This document shows, in pieces, positions 1 through 13,834 of a stretch of 64,000 nt of DNA. Position 1 is the stretch's first letter, and every line of letters begins with the position of its first letter. A model generated the notes under the pieces. The model searched no databases, was not told the origin of the DNA, and saw nothing but the letters and a program-made list of their open reading frames with translations. The DNA lies in assembly GCA_964016885.1 (NCBI GenBank), contig OZ024740.1, positions 60,822,001 through 60,886,000 of the forward strand, given 5' to 3'. Made by a program: the position numbers and the translations under genes. Source of the DNA: Eledone cirrhosa. Taxonomy: Eukaryota.

Positions 1-2020
1 ATGAAACATAGCAGGGATTTTATAGCTGTGCTGAGATACATAACACTAATGATAAATGCAGATAATCAATAACCATTGTGTCCCGAACAAGTATATTCTG
101 CTTGTGACCACTGTGACTATAAGCAGAACATATAGACATATAAAACAGACTGAGATTGGAAAAAGCTACGTACCCAAACTACCACATTGCACCACTTACA
201 ATAGATCAATGTATGTAACTAAGTAGATACATAATACCTGAAGCCATAAATCAGTGCCTCACACATAATCATTCAACCAACTATTTATGCATTATAGTTC
301 CGTTTAATCAAAGTTAACTTGAAACTAAACAACAACCTTTTTCTTTCCAATTCTTTTCTCAGGTGTTTATCGCATAAAGAAATGCACTATAATTGCGTTA
401 TATACCCAAGAAGAGCAACCTTTTTGACTACCAACTACAGACCAGTTGCCCTTTCTGCCAATATCTCAGTAGATAAACAGATTTAAGAGCCCCTACATGG
501 TCATATAACCTGCTAGAAATAACAGCCAAGTCTTTATCAAAACACACCTTACCATTACACAGCACCTGATATGCCCCCTGTTGGAACACCCCTGCACAGC
601 ATTGGACTTGGCAGAGTTTAATGAGAAAGGACAGCAATGTGTTCAGCTATGGCGGAACCACATCTAGCTAAGCCAAATGCATTCCTATTAACAGGATACC
701 ATCCTTCACTTCTCAATAACCTTCCAATTGTAGTTATCAACTACAAGCAGCAAATATATATTACCTATATGAACAATGAACTAAAAGCATTCTCAGATGG
801 GGAAAATGACAACCTGGTTTCATTAAACTACACCAAAATGTAGTCACTACACATATCAAGGAAATGGTATGGTATGGTCCCGTAACTCCTGATAGAGTCA
901 TAGGGGCACTGTATTGACATACAGCATTTCTTGGGCATTTTTTAAGCCTGGCAGAGCCGATCTCTGTCTAGGCCTGAGTGCAGCAGATTTCTTCCAAAGA
1001 GAGGAAGAATCAACCCCAGTACTAGACTGATACTTTTTTTATCAACCTTGAAAGGATGAAAGGCAAAGTTGACCTCGGCGGGATGTGAACTCAGAGAGCA
1101 GAGAGCCGGAACGAATATCATAAAGCATTCTATCCAATGTTCTAACGACTGCCAATTCGCTGCCTAAGGAGATACAATGCTACAACTACACCCTCCACCA
1201 TTGCCATGTGCTACACTCTGCTTTCAGTTATTGTATTTAAAGAAAGGAATATTGTGAGCAGTCCCCCACATTCATATTATAGCTCAGCTCAGCTGATTCT
1301 GAGAACAAAAATCAAGGGTGGAATCGATCTCAGTACTTGTATTGAATCTGGGAGGAGGAAAAGTGAAATTGACCTTGGTAGAGTTTTAACTCAGAAGACA
1401 AAGACCCTGAGAAATACAGCAAGACATTTGTCTAATGCTCTGATTCTGCCAATTGAATGCCCTAAAGACTCTATTCATGAACTGGTAGATAGTAACAGAT
1501 GTGATTGCTGTCAATGAGAAGTAGCCTTGAAAAAAGGGTGCACAGAAAGCAGTGATGGTGGCATAAAGGGGTAAAAGAGTAAAGATCCCCTTTAGTGACA
1601 AATGACTGTGGGATTATTACCTGGAAAGTTCCCTTCCAAGGAACAAACCTGAGCAAGGTGTTCTTGTTGAAGACCAGAAGTCACCCATGGATACCAGTCT
1701 CCCCAAACCACTATTATTGTCTAAGGGAAATGCAAAGGCCAATACAATTTAGCACCAGTGACGTCACAACTCATTTTTTCCAGCTGAGTGAACTGGAGTA
1801 ATGTGAAAAATATAGTGCCTTACTCAAGGAAACAACACACTACTTAGTCAGGGAATCAAACTCACAAACTCATGACTATAAGCCCATTGCTCTAATCACT
1901 AAGTTACATGTATTCACACAAAAAAATGATGGTAGAATATATCAGGGTAAAAAAAACCATTTGGGCCAGTGGGGTAGGAATAACAAATGAAGACATAGAG
2001 GTGAAACCCAAGTGTACATA

Positions 2021-3663
2021 TAAGGTTTGTCCCAAAAGTAAGGGTACTGATGTTTTAGTTTAATGTATATTAGATGTACATTAAATTAAGTTATCTTCTT
2101 CCAAATATGATCCTTGGGAAGTCACAAAGGGATTCCGGTTTTTTTTTTCATTGATTCTAGCAGTAACTGTGAGTGTCCTTAGCTCGTTGGTTACAATTTT
2201 TTGTATGTTTTCCTCAGTCGATTTCAATTTAGGGAAGGGGTAGAAATCACATGGAGCTAGATCTGGGCTGTAGGGAGGATATAGAAAAATGAAAATATTT
2301 TTCTTCACCTGCAATTCTCTAATTGAAAATGCTGTGTGAGCAGCAACATTATTGCGATGCAGTACCCAATCTCCTGAAATCTACTTTCAAACTCACTGAA
2401 CCCATTTTCGAAGTCGTTCCATGACATCTTTGTAGAAGGTGCAATTAACTGTCTGTTCTGGAGGTAAAAATTATTTGTAAACTATACCACAGCTATTAAA
2501 AAAATGATAATCATCGTTTACACCCTGGATCTACTCATGCATAGTTTCTGTGGACAAGGAGAATTTTTTGTGCACCACACCTCTCTTTGCTGTTTTGTCT
2601 CTGGATCATACTCAAACACCAATGATTCATCATCATCATCACCGTTTTACGTCCGTTCTTCTACGTTAGCATGGGTTAGACGGGGTGTCCTGTGTGGGCA
2701 GTGTCCGGTCGGCTGACCTTGTCTTGCTCATATGGGAACTGATTCTGGCTTGATTTCTACAACTGGATGCCCTTCCTAACACCAACTTCATTTACAGTGA
2801 GTGGTGGGTGCTTTTTTGCTGTGGCACCTCCACGACCACTTTGTAGGGGAACGATAGGGACCCCAGTCCTATAATCTCATTTCTACAGCTGAGTAAACTG
2901 GAGCAATGTGAAATAAAGTGTCTTGCTCAAGGAAACAACACACATCCAGTCCAAGAATTGAACTCACAACCTTTTGATTGCAAGCCCAATGCTCTAACCA
3001 CTAAGCCATGCGCCTTCAAATGATTCATCTGTTAATACTTTATCCAAGAAATGTGGCTCAATTTCGAGTCTTTCTACCCAATCCTAACAAATTTCCAGCT
3101 AGTTCACTTTTTGCTCTACAGACAAGTGTTTAGGCACTAGTTTTGCACAAACTTTTTGCATGTGCAAATTGTCTGTTAAAATTCTGTGAACTGCAATCTT
3201 CCTATCACTTAATTGGCAGTCTTTTGCCATCACTGCTTGCACCACTTCCATATTTTGTTCATTTGTTGATGAGATTGACCTTCCAGAATGAGGTTTGTCT
3301 TCAACATATTCTCAGTCCTCTTTGAAAGTTTTGTGCCACTTAAAAACCTTACTTCTTGATAGAGTGGCATCTTCATAAACTTGTGTTAAAGAATTAAATG
3401 CTTCCATGGCAGATTTGTTAAGTTTCATATAAAATTCGATTGTATACCATTGTTTGATATTTTCCTGCATCACAAACATTACAGGTTATAAACACTTCTG
3501 TACATAAACAGTAATAACTCATGACTGACTCAATCAATCATGTTGAAACAAGTATGTACCTGCAGCCAAGGCCATAACCAACACACTTTTATACATCAAC
3601 AAAGTGCTGCATACCATGTTGTACATAGGAAAATCAGTACTCTTACTTTTTGGACAAACCTTG
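2021..3663 (-). mobile_element. Full-length degenerate mariner transposon interrupted by a SINE
   Basis: 30-bp TIRs taaggtttgtcccaaaagtaagggtactga / tcagtactcttactttttggacaaaccttg with TA on both sides. PPYSPDLAPCDFYPFPKLK transposase motif at 2081-2314. Confidence 0.9.
2632..3018 (-). mobile_element. tRNA-derived SINE (second family, (ATG)n tail) inserted in the mariner
   Basis: TSD aatgattcatc at 2621-2631 and 3019-3029. A-box/B-box-like head. Related pieces near 1740-1915, 10860-11130, 18620-18900, 20260-20520 and 25800-26085. Confidence 0.75.
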
Positions 3664-3744
3664 TATATTATACTTCCTAGTTTCCATCACATACACCATT
3701 ATAACATTTGAGATATTTGTTCTGCACAGAGTTACAGACATTAC

Positions 3745-3825
3745 TTTATCACTTTCATCAGGAAAGCAGTGAATCAATGATTGACAGGTCAGAAATGCGT
3801 AACTAACACTGGCGTTGCTTGCCAA
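3745..3825 (-). CDS. Candidate internal exon (LASNASVSYAFLTCQSLIHCFPDESDK, phase 0 to 0)
   Basis: Acceptor tttcatattgcag and donor gtaatg. 81 nt, only one frame open. Confidence 0.35.
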
Positions 3826-4500
3826 CTGCAATATGAAATAAATAAATCAGTAAGAATGACAGGTGAGAAGTTGCCAGGGTCAATAATGTGAAAGGCCTCA
3901 TATACACAATCTCATTTTGCCACTCATGTGTCGATATGAGGTCTGATGTCTCTGTAAGAAATAACTACCTTAGCCATTTCAAATACATTGACAAAAATAT
4001 TTGGAATAAGAACTACTTCCTGTATGGTAATAGTGGTAATAATCACCCAGTTGCAAAAATCACCCAGTCCACTCTGTAAGGTGCCGGAGTCACAATAAAA
4101 TGCTCCCAGTACATGCTATAAAATATGTTGTGTTATCCTTTGGATTATTGCAAATTTTTCAAGACATCTGTACACTTGTAAAGATACTATAAACATTTGA
4201 ATTAACCTACTGTTTTTAGATATTTTCTCCTAAATCATTACAGAATATTAAGAATTAATAAACTAAGTCGATGTTAATTGCTAATTTCTGATTATCTATT
4301 TTTAATAAGTACTGCTTTTTTAATATGTAAATAACAAATGTTTATCTCAAATGCTTTCTCTAAAGTTGTGGTGATGCTGTTTAACAGAGAAGCTACCATA
4401 TTAATGTATTCTCTGGTATCTATATATAATTAGTGAATGGTAATGCCTCTGTAAAAGATATATGGGGTATAAGATGCTCTTTTTTAAACCCAAATTTTAT

Positions 4501-4908
4501 TGGCAGTATCGGTAGAGGGTCGGACGCCATGCTTTGCAGTACAGTTACGTCCCTTTACGGACTGAGTTCAAATCCCGCCGAGGTTAACTTTGCCTTTCAT
4601 CCTTACGGGGTCGATAAAATAAAGTACCAGTAATACACTGAGATAATTGCTGGCCTTGTGCCAAAAAATAGAAACAATTATAATTATTATTGGCAGTATC
4701 GGTAGAGTGTCGGACACCATGCGTTGCGGCATAGAGTTATGGCCCTTTACATTCTGAGTTCAAATCCCGCCAAGCTTAGCTTTGCCTTTCATCCTTACGA
4801 GGTTGATAAATAAAGTTCCAGTAATGCACTAGGGTCGATTTAATCGACTCTCCCTCCCCCAACATTGCTGGCCTTGTGCCTATATAAGAAACCATTATTA
4901 TTATTATT
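4501..4908 (+). mobile_element. Tandem pair of the dominant tRNA-derived SINE (about 30 copies or fragments in the window)
   Basis: A box tggcagtatcgg, B box gttcaaatcc, core ctttgcctttcatccttacggggtcgataaaataaagtacc (recalled as Meta-SINE-like, unverified), tail gaaacaattatta. Confidence 0.85.
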
Positions 4909-5171
4909 ATAGGGAAGCAGATTTTAATGTTGAATTTTGGGTTTAAAAAGTGTATCTTGTACACCAAAAAATAAAGTACACTGTTACATTTTATGGAATT
5001 AGTAAAATTCACTGTAATTGAGATAAAAACACCACCATATTATCTCATATATTCAACTTAAAAGCCTTATTAACACAAGCTAGAGGAATACTTGCACACT
5101 TGGAATTAAGACTTTGAGAATAACAGATTTCCTATATTTTATTACCAAATCAAGTCATACATCCAGTCGTA

Positions 5172-5339
5172 CCATATTTGCCGGCGTCAAAGACGCTACT
5201 TTTTTCCTAAAATAAGTCTCAAAAATCTACCATACGTCCCGGAGGTTGAAGGTTGTTTATTATTTTTTTTCAAATTTTTGGTTGTCAAAATTAGGGTGTG
5301 TCCTCGAGGATGAAGCCTCTTAGGCACCGGGAAATACGG
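5172..5339. mobile_element. Tc1/mariner (Tigger-like) MITE
   Basis: ta|ccatatttgccggcgtc ... ggcaccgggaaatacgg|ta. Confidence 0.65.
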
Positions 5340-5378
5340 TAATTTCCAAAATTAGATCAATCACCTACTTAAGTATCT

Positions 5379-5584
5379 TAACCCTTTAGCATTTAAACCG
5401 GCCAGAATTCTCTCACCTCTTTCTGTTCAAACTGGCCGTAACTGGCCACTCATACTGATGTTAAAGTATTGTTCTCAAAATAACTAATATCAAAATATCA
5501 TAGAGTCAATATTATGTGAGATAAAGCATTTACCATGAAAATACAATAGTATATATAGAGTAATGTAAATGCTAAAGGGTTAAA
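5379..5584. mobile_element. piggyBac-type MITE (further copies at ~5841-6033 and 50629-50886)
   Basis: TTAA|ccctttagcattt ... aaatgctaaaggg|TTAA. Confidence 0.8.
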
Positions 5585-6249
5585 TCATTACTGAAGACCT
5601 TTGCAAAAATATATCTATAGTTTTATTGATGTCATCACTAAATCCCATAAATTAAAATCAGCTAACATTAAGAGTAAACAGTTGTTGATTCAATTCCTGG
5701 ACCAGGCAGCATATTGTGTCCTTGAGTAAAAAACTTGATTTCTAATTGTTCTAATCCACTCAGCTAAAAAAAATAAATATCAGCATCATTTGGGCGTTAA
5801 CTCTACAAGAAACTGGTATTCCATCCAAGAGAAGTCTTATCCCTTTAGCATTTAAACTGGCCGGATACGGCCAGAACTCCCTCACCTCTTACTGTTCAAA
5901 CTGATGTTAAGGTATTGTTTTCAAAATGAATAATATCAAAATCTCAAAGATTCGATATTATGTGAGATAATTATGTGAGGTAAAACCTTTACCATGAAAA
6001 TATAATAGTAAATATAGAGTATTGTAAATGGGTTATGCTCTTAGTCGATTAACACCAATAACCAGCAAGTCCACATATTTATTTCCCTACATTCATACAT
6101 GCATGGTCCCATACCTCCTGATGGGGTTGTAAGGGTGCTGTATTGACATATGGTATTTTTAGGGCATTTTTAAACCTGGCGGAGCCCATCCCTTTCCAGG
6201 TCTGATTATAGCAGATTTCTTCCAGAGAATGATAGAGAATGAGAGAAAC

Positions 6250-6545
6250 AACCTGGTGCAGTCTGCAACAAACCCAGGTTCTGCTGCATGTCGGGATGAG
6301 GAGGACAAACTCTTCAAATACCGGTCGCTCTCCAACAGGTTTGCGGTTGTGCCCTTGGCAGTGGAGACTTCTGGTGTTCTTGGCCCTAGGGCTACCTCCC
6401 TACTCACCACCATAGGCACTGAGCTGGCCAGCCACAGGTGTGAGCCTCGCGAGCTGGAATGACTTTTCCAGCGCATCTCCCTTGCCGTCCTCCGGGGAAA
6501 CGCCTTCTCCATTCTGTCCGCCGGGGCAGTGGGGAGGCCACCAAT
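6250..6545 (+). mobile_element. CRE-like non-LTR retrotransposon 3' fragment (restriction-like endonuclease)
   Basis: KLFKY...FAVVPLAVETSGVLG...LFQRISLAVLRGNA. Confidence 0.8.
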
Positions 6546-6842
6546 ATGATTGACTGACTTGTCATTTTATCAGTCAGATGTTCTAAAGTCACTAATCCAT
6601 GTCTCTGTTAAATTTTAGAGACTTCACCACCACCATCATCACCATCAACAACATCAACACTATAACCACCATCGATATAGAGGAAGAATCAACACCAGTA
6701 CTAGACTGGTACTTTTTTCATCAACCTCAGATGGATGAAATGCAAAGTTGACCTCAGTGGGATTTGAACTCAGAAAGCAGAGAACCAAAATGAACACCAC
6801 AAAACATTCTATATGATGCTCTAATGACTCTGCTAATTCACT

Positions 6843-7137
6843 GCCACAAAGTCAGAAAACAGCACATTTTTTCACACTTAGAGTTGCTGAAGCATGGAAC
6901 AAACTGCCTGCATCAGTTGTTAGCTGCCGAGACACTGCATTCTTTAAAACCCTCATGCTTCCCGAAATTCGCCAAAACTACACATGATGTCCCCCCTCCG
7001 TACACATGCACACATGTGTATACTCATGAACTCTTCATTTTCCTGGCGTTTGTACATTACCCTATGTACTATATATACACTTTTGATGGGTTGTAGTGCA
7101 CCTGAGCACTGTACACAATATTTTCATTATTATTATT
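6843..7137 (+). mobile_element. CR1-type LINE 3' end
   Basis: FFTLRVAEAWNKLPASVV with a (TTA)n tail. Same family as 63648-64000. Confidence 0.8.
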
Positions 7138-8251
7138 TCATTTCCCTATATACGTGTATACACTGATTATAGATTTTTTTTAAATTAATCCTTTTATAAA
7201 AATCATACTTTATAATAATAATAATGAAATTATTGTTTACAGTTCTCAGGTGCACTACAACTCATCAAATGTGCATATATAGTATATAGAATAATTGTTT
7301 CTACTTTTGACCCAAGGCCAGCAATTATCCCAGTGCATTACTGGTACTTTATTTTATCGACCCCGTAAGGATGAAAGGCAAAGTTAACCTCGGCGTAATG
7401 ATGGAAGAATTTGGAGAGTATTACTAAAGTTATTTCATTAAGATGGTATTTGTAGCATAAAAAGTTCTTATATAAAATAATGTTGAAAGATTTTATCTTA
7501 AATAGAAATCATTTAAAAAGAGTGGTTTTATTTTATAGAACCAAGGCAATGTTGAGTGGTTTGGTATCAGGTGGTTTAACTTCATCTTAAAAGATGAAAA
7601 ATATTTTTAATACTGACATCTACACCACATCAGTAGCTTAGTGGATTACTAACCCTAATTCATAAATAAGTGTTGTGGATTTGAATCAAGACAATACTAT
7701 GTAGATATCCAGAAACACAATAACAACTTGGAACCCAACTATAACACTGTTAGAAAAAGAATCTGTAAGTGGTTACTTTACTTGCTAGAAATAACAGCCA
7801 TATTTCTCTCACTCTTAACGTCCTGTACTACATCAAACTGCATCAGCAAAACATTCTGGAAGAGTACAAAACAACACTATGACTGCATCACATTAAAAAT
7901 ATAAATTTTTACTTTAGTTTGCTGCAAAGTTTCACAACTATATGTCCACTAGTAAGGATACTATAAACATTTGAATTAACAATCCTGTTTTCATTCATTT
8001 TCTGCTAAATCATTACACAAAACTGATGGGATGATCATGATTGGAATTCCTTTGCTAATAGATATGCCTGTCTTGAAGCTAAACAATAACTGCTTGATAA
8101 GGGTTGAGCTGAAACTAAGCATTAATCAGAACAACAGATCGTTGAAATTGACAAACTATGGAAAACTGCTTTACAGCTTATGCTTAGCTATGTACTTTAC
8201 TGAATAAAAGAAAATAAAAAGATTTACATAGGCCATACTATCTATCCAGTA

Positions 8252-9060
8252 TATCATCATCATCATCGTTTAACAGCTGCTTTCCCATACTAGGGGTGGT
8301 GTAAAGGATGGCACTCACCAATGCCGGGAGGGGGCTAATGATGGAGATGATAGCTAAGGAGTGATGGTGGAGGGGGAATGGGTGGGGTGCATAATGATGG
8401 AGAGAGAAGTTACTTAAGGGCTTTAGAGGGAGCAGCAACTAAGGAATGATACTGGAGGGATAATGGATGGGGGTGAGGATAGCTGACAGCGAATGCTAGT
8501 GGGAAAATGGGGCACATTTATGCTGTTGATAGGGTCTTCACCAGCACAATATAGCACAAGACCTCGTGGTCCTTAATCATGTCTGTTGTGAGGTTTAGTT
8601 TTTTAAGAATGGTCATCACAACCCTGTTCCAAGTCTTACTGTGTCTGCCTCTTCCATAGGTCTCAGTCACTGGGGTTACTCTGCCTATTTTTTATGCAGC
8701 TGCTATCTTCCATATACATCACATGTCCATACCAACACAGTCTTCTCTCTTGCACACTACATCTGAGTCCTCGTATACAAGTTTTTTTTCTCAGCTTGAT
8801 TATGCTATGTCATTCATGCACATTAACATTACACCTCCTTCAAAGCATACTCACTTCATTTCTTTCTAGACTTCACAAATCTTCTGCAGTCATGCCCCTG
8901 TCTCACAGCCATGTAGCATTTAAGTTCACACACATGTATCATACAGTCTAACCTTCACTATGAGAGAGAATCCCTTTGTTGTCAGCACAGGTACTAGCTC
9001 CATAAACTTATTCCAGCCTGTTTTTAGTCTGTCTTCCATGCTTCCAAAGCATTGAACGAC
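8252..9060 (-). mobile_element. Decayed RTE-type LINE 3' fragment (similar pieces at ~20680-21190 and ~15475-15680)
   Basis: Remnant RLCWYGHVM-like and GRPxKTW-like coding with an (ATG)n tail. Confidence 0.6.
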
Positions 9061-10405
9061 ATAGTTGATTGGGTTACCTAGATAATAAAAGCTGCCAAGT
9101 TCTAGGCTTTGATTTCTGGATGAGATGATGCATTGTACTCATTTCATATTGATCCAGCACACTCAGCTGAAAATATGTATTATCAGTTACGAGGAGTTAA
9201 CCCAACAATGGACTAGAGCTTTGTCCAGTACTCTCAGTCACTTAACACTGATGAAAAAGGAAATTGGTGATAAGGACCGGCCTGGTGATCCTAGTACAGA
9301 TATTCACTTTTTTAACTTTTAGTGTAGTTTAGTATTATTTATTATATGTAACTAGCTGAAACCACCCCTTACTCTTTGATGTAAAACTGTTTTTTATGTA
9401 AAAACTTTTCATCAGAATTTTATTTAAAAGCTTTTGTCATATTCCAAACACTAGTTTAATAATGAAAATGTTAGTTACATTACGAAATCACTACAAATTC
9501 TTGAATACTTAAAAACATTATTTGAAAACCATAGGTAGTGCCTTTCATTAAAAATGTGGTAATTAAAGGGTTAATGAAGAAAAATGTATGAGGCCCTTGC
9601 AAATACTGATTAACTATTGATATGAGCTTTTTAAGTGCCAACAGTGTATTACATGATTTGAATACAGCAGTCCACTTGCTTTTACCATACTCCACTTTTA
9701 TTACAGTGATTTAATATTGAAGGATAATCTCCCTACTTTTTTACATGCATTTTCTTTTTAATAACTCTCTTTTCCTATTACCATACTTGAAATAGAATGC
9801 AAGAACTTGCCATATATTAAAATTAACCATTTATTAGCATGACAGAAACATTATCTATTTTTAAAAATATTCCATTAACTCGTTAATGAATGATAAGCTG
9901 TAAATATAGTCTTCAGGCAAGTTATGAAATCTCATAAATTGCCTAAAGAATGTTCAACAAGGAACCTTAAAACTGTAATATGAGATTAATCTTATTGTTT
10001 GTTACTTGTAATTTTATATTTATTCCATTTACTAGCAAATAAAAATTATCACAAAAATATATCTTTTTTTTTAAATATAATTTATTTTTACATAAAAGTG
10101 TAAAGCTACTTCTAGTACATATTTGATGTAACTTTACTCATATTTTCCATATACACAATTTTATAACCATATATTGTATTCAACCTGTTTGAATTTATTT
10201 GTTTATTTATTTTTGCATTCTGATAACAAACTGCCTTTAATGATTGAAATGGAAAACTTCTAAGAAGCTGCAAAAAACAAAAAAAATCCAAAGTTCTTTT
10301 AACATATTTTTAAAGTTTAGATTTATATACAAGCTTAGTTATTTGTCACACATTTTCTTCCTCTATGTTGATGGCTTACTACTTCTAACTACTAAACAAC
10401 CTTAC

Positions 10406-10448
10406 ATGATAACACACTCCATTCCATCTTCTCTTCGGTTTCATTCAC
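10406..10448 (-). CDS. Candidate internal exon (VNETEEKMEWSVLS, phase 0 to 1)
   Basis: Acceptor tttttacag and donor gtaagg. Only one frame is open. The link to exons 1-2 is unproven. Confidence 0.4.
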
Positions 10449-11230
10449 CTGTAAAAACTCATCTACATGCAGTTTGAACAACATTTGCAGATGTACATAT
10501 TTAAAGCATACATACCCTTCTTCACATTACGTAAATCACTACTACACAACACAAGATTAAAACCCCATACAAATGCTTAGACTTACAATATTTAATAATT
10601 ATTAAAAGTAACCAAATATTGCACCACAAAGATAATTTTCTTTTTGAGACCAAAAAATACTTTAATGCCAAGTAGCTGCAATTCCTATACATACATTGAA
10701 CAGTGCATTCTACATACTACATATGAACATTCTGAATTACATCCAATGATAAAAAGACAGCCAACTAATATGAAAACCATCTCTTCTCCTGGTACCACAA
10801 TGTTCTCTGCTCTTCTGAATTTACAGTCAAGAGGACTTTCAGTTGTGTCAAGGGCACAACACCATCTCTAGTGTTGGTGATAAATACACCCAGTACACTC
10901 TGTAAAGTGGTTGGTGATAGCAAGGGACACCCAGCTACAAAAGTCCTGCCAAACAAAGGATTCAGAGGATTCTTTTTGATGTGTTGAAGACATGACAACC
11001 TCCCTAATGCTGGTGCCATGATAAACTGCTGCACTCTGTTGAGTGCAAGAACATACAAGAGGTCAGTAGCTCTGAGTAAGAAATAACAAACAAATGGACG
11101 TTAAGTGATAATGATGATGATGAGGACGATATTTCACTTCGTATTCCTTAGATCATACCTAAGCCTTTTATTAACTCTTAACATCATATAATGATTTTGC
11201 AGAAAATATCTAAATTTGGGTTTGTTTATT

Positions 11231-11528
11231 CAATTACACCTCTATCATGAACAAATTAGTTCATGAACAATTTTTCAGAACATAAGACATCTCGGTTCAT
11301 GAATGGTGTCTCAAGTAATGAACACACAAGTCGGCGACAAGCTTGGAGTATCAGCAGGAAAGCATCACTTGCTGTGTAGTTAGTTACTATGGTGATATCT
11401 ATCTGTCTTTCACACACAGTATTTCTCTCTCAACATTTTGTCTGGGAAAAATAGTTTTGGTTTACAAACATTTCAGGTTACAAACAACCTTCAGGAATGA
11501 ATTAAGTTTGTGAACCGAGGTACTATTG
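11231..11528. mobile_element. Tigger-like MITE
   Basis: caattacacctc... / ...ccgaggtactattg|ta with repeated internal atgaacaa motifs. Confidence 0.55.
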
Positions 11529-12161
11529 TATTTGTAGGATTTGTACTGGAGGATGAATATTTGTAAATATTTGCAGCAAAGTAAATCTTTAATTTTTAAT
11601 GTAATGCTGTCATAGTCTTGTTTTTCACTTTTTTAAAAGAATGAAACAAAACAAAATTCAGAATTCAAGAAAACTCGTGATGTCCTAAATCAACAATAAT
11701 TGATCCATTGGAGAGTTTCAAGATGAGGTCAATTAATTCAGTTGCCATGAGGAATAAAGAATCTAGTTTTATGGGTCACTATCCATCATCTGAGAATCAG
11801 GAAGAAATAGAGAGTATTGTTTTGGTTGTAGGCCAGCAACCAAATTGAACATATCGCTTTCTCTTTCTTCTTCACCCATCCTAAACGGACGGTAGTCCGT
11901 TTAGTAATATTGTTGTGGTCGTATTTTCGTTGGCAATCGTTTGTTTACGACAGTACAGCGCGGCTCTACTTTATTTAACTGAGATAAAACTTATATGAGC
12001 ATGAACAGTAGATCATTACGCATCTTTTGTCTTAAAAATCTAGAAATTTGGTCCAGCGGGAAAAAGTTTATAATCAAAGTTTGCTGATAAATCTTGTGTT
12101 CAAGTGAGTGAGTAGTAAGCGTGACGCTAGGGGAGGTAATTACGAGTCTCTCTCTCTCTAC

Positions 12162-12285
12162 GGGGTCATCCAGAAATGACGAATTTTTTTCGGCGGAACT
12201 CTTGTGATTGTGATTACGTTAGTCAAATGTAGTCAAATCGCTGAATCCCCTCCTCCTAATTGACTACGTCATTTCTGAATGGCCC
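12162..12285. mobile_element. Short MITE nested in the Helentron-like element
   Basis: TIRs ggggtcatccagaaatgacg / cgtcatttctgaatggccc. Confidence 0.7.
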
Positions 12286-12900
12286 TACTTGCGTCAGTGT
12301 GAAACATTACTTCACTTTTCACTGCTAAAATGATTTTTAAATACTTCGTTAAAAATTTATGTTTATTATCAAAGCTATTTTTTGTACCAATCTATCAATA
12401 GTTTGCGAAAATATAGGTAAACATGTGAGTTAAATTTTTTTTAATCGCATCGATCGCTTTGTCGCACCGACTGTGACACTGTCTGACTGTCTGTCTGACT
12501 GTCACCTTTGTCGGACCGACACCTTTGTTCAAGCGGACAACTTTGTGTCACTGACACTTTTGTTCGTGCCGGCATCTCTGCGAAACACCGATGGCAACAA
12601 CCAGACCAAAATTTCACTTCATTCTTCATTTTTCTTCAAGACCGATTGCCGACCGATCGTATCGGTTGCTCTTCATATAGCAGGTATTCAACAGATAGTT
12701 TGCACTTCTAGTATTATTAACAGTCGTGCGATTTTTTGTACCAATAGGTGCGAATAGTGCGCTCTATTTTTGTACTGATAGGTGCGCATAGTGTGATAGG
12801 TGCGAATAGTGTACAATATTTTCTGAGATTTGCATCCACTAATTTCGCTTAATTAAAAATGATGTTTCACGGCTTTTTGATCGGCTTATTCATTTTTTCC

Positions 12901-13654
12901 ATGGCACAGAAATGGAGTATTTCCATTTCAAATCAAAACTTTTCACTAAAATCGGGCAATTGGACTGATCAAATTCACATTCATGCCAGTTTTTACAAAT
13001 CCATAATTAAAAATGTGGCGAAATCGAATGACCAGAAGGTATAAAAATATTAATTCAAATGTATTTACTTATCATACCAACAAAAATACTTAGATATTTT
13101 GTATACCTGGGGCCCGTCAGGGCCAGGTAATGTTAATCGCCAACATTGTTATCTGTTGTCTTTTTGTGAAAGTATTGGTGGTTCATGTCGGCTCTAATGA
13201 TCTGAATCCTCGTCGCACCGTTGGCACTACAAAGCTGTGCAAAGTAATACAATAATTTTTGCCCAAGTATTTTTTATTAATCATTTATTTGTAAATTAAG
13301 GACAAAGTGCCCATTCGAGGCACAAAACCGGAAAAACAGGGGAAGAGTTTCTTTGCAAGGCTTCAGAAAATAGCGGAAAAGCACCACTGTACACCCATTT
13401 TCTACAGTGGTGTCATTCCACGTCCACAAAGTGTAATTGAAAATAAAAATGACTTGGGCAAGAGAAATTCTCGTTTGGAAAAGTTTAATTACTGCATGAA
13501 AGAAATGATTCAAAAGTTGAACTTGCCCAATCTTCACAACATTTAAAATTGGTCAAAATTTGACAAATCTGACTTCAAACCAGATATGATTCATTTGAAC
13601 AATGTTGGAAATCTTAAATTGACACAAATTTTTGCCAATGTTTTTGCCACCTGA
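12901..13654 (+). pseudogene. SGNH/GDSL-type esterase gene with two tiny introns (13039-13093, 13244-13300) and one in-frame stop (13544-13546)
   Basis: Spliced translation gives ...SIIKNV...IFCIPGAR...VVHVGSND...SGVIPR...FNYCMKEM...DMIHLNNVG, i.e. SGNH blocks II, III and V with a degenerate block I. GT-AG boundaries restore the frame. AATAAA at 13692. Confidence 0.75.
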
Positions 13655-13834
13655 TCCTTGTTCTATGGCTGACTGACTAATTTTGTGACTTAATAAAATG
13701 TCATCATACTAGTAATGCAAAATGGTCATTTTTAAATTTAAATTTTATTAAATAGTTGTTGCTTGCATTGCCTTAAAATAGTAACAAGAATGTACACATA
13801 CTTTTTAAAAATACATCATTATCAGTCAAATCAG

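Noticed and set aside
4501-4580. tRNA gene
   Set aside because: The A and B boxes belong to the SINE head. There is no complete cloverleaf, and it continues into the SINE core.
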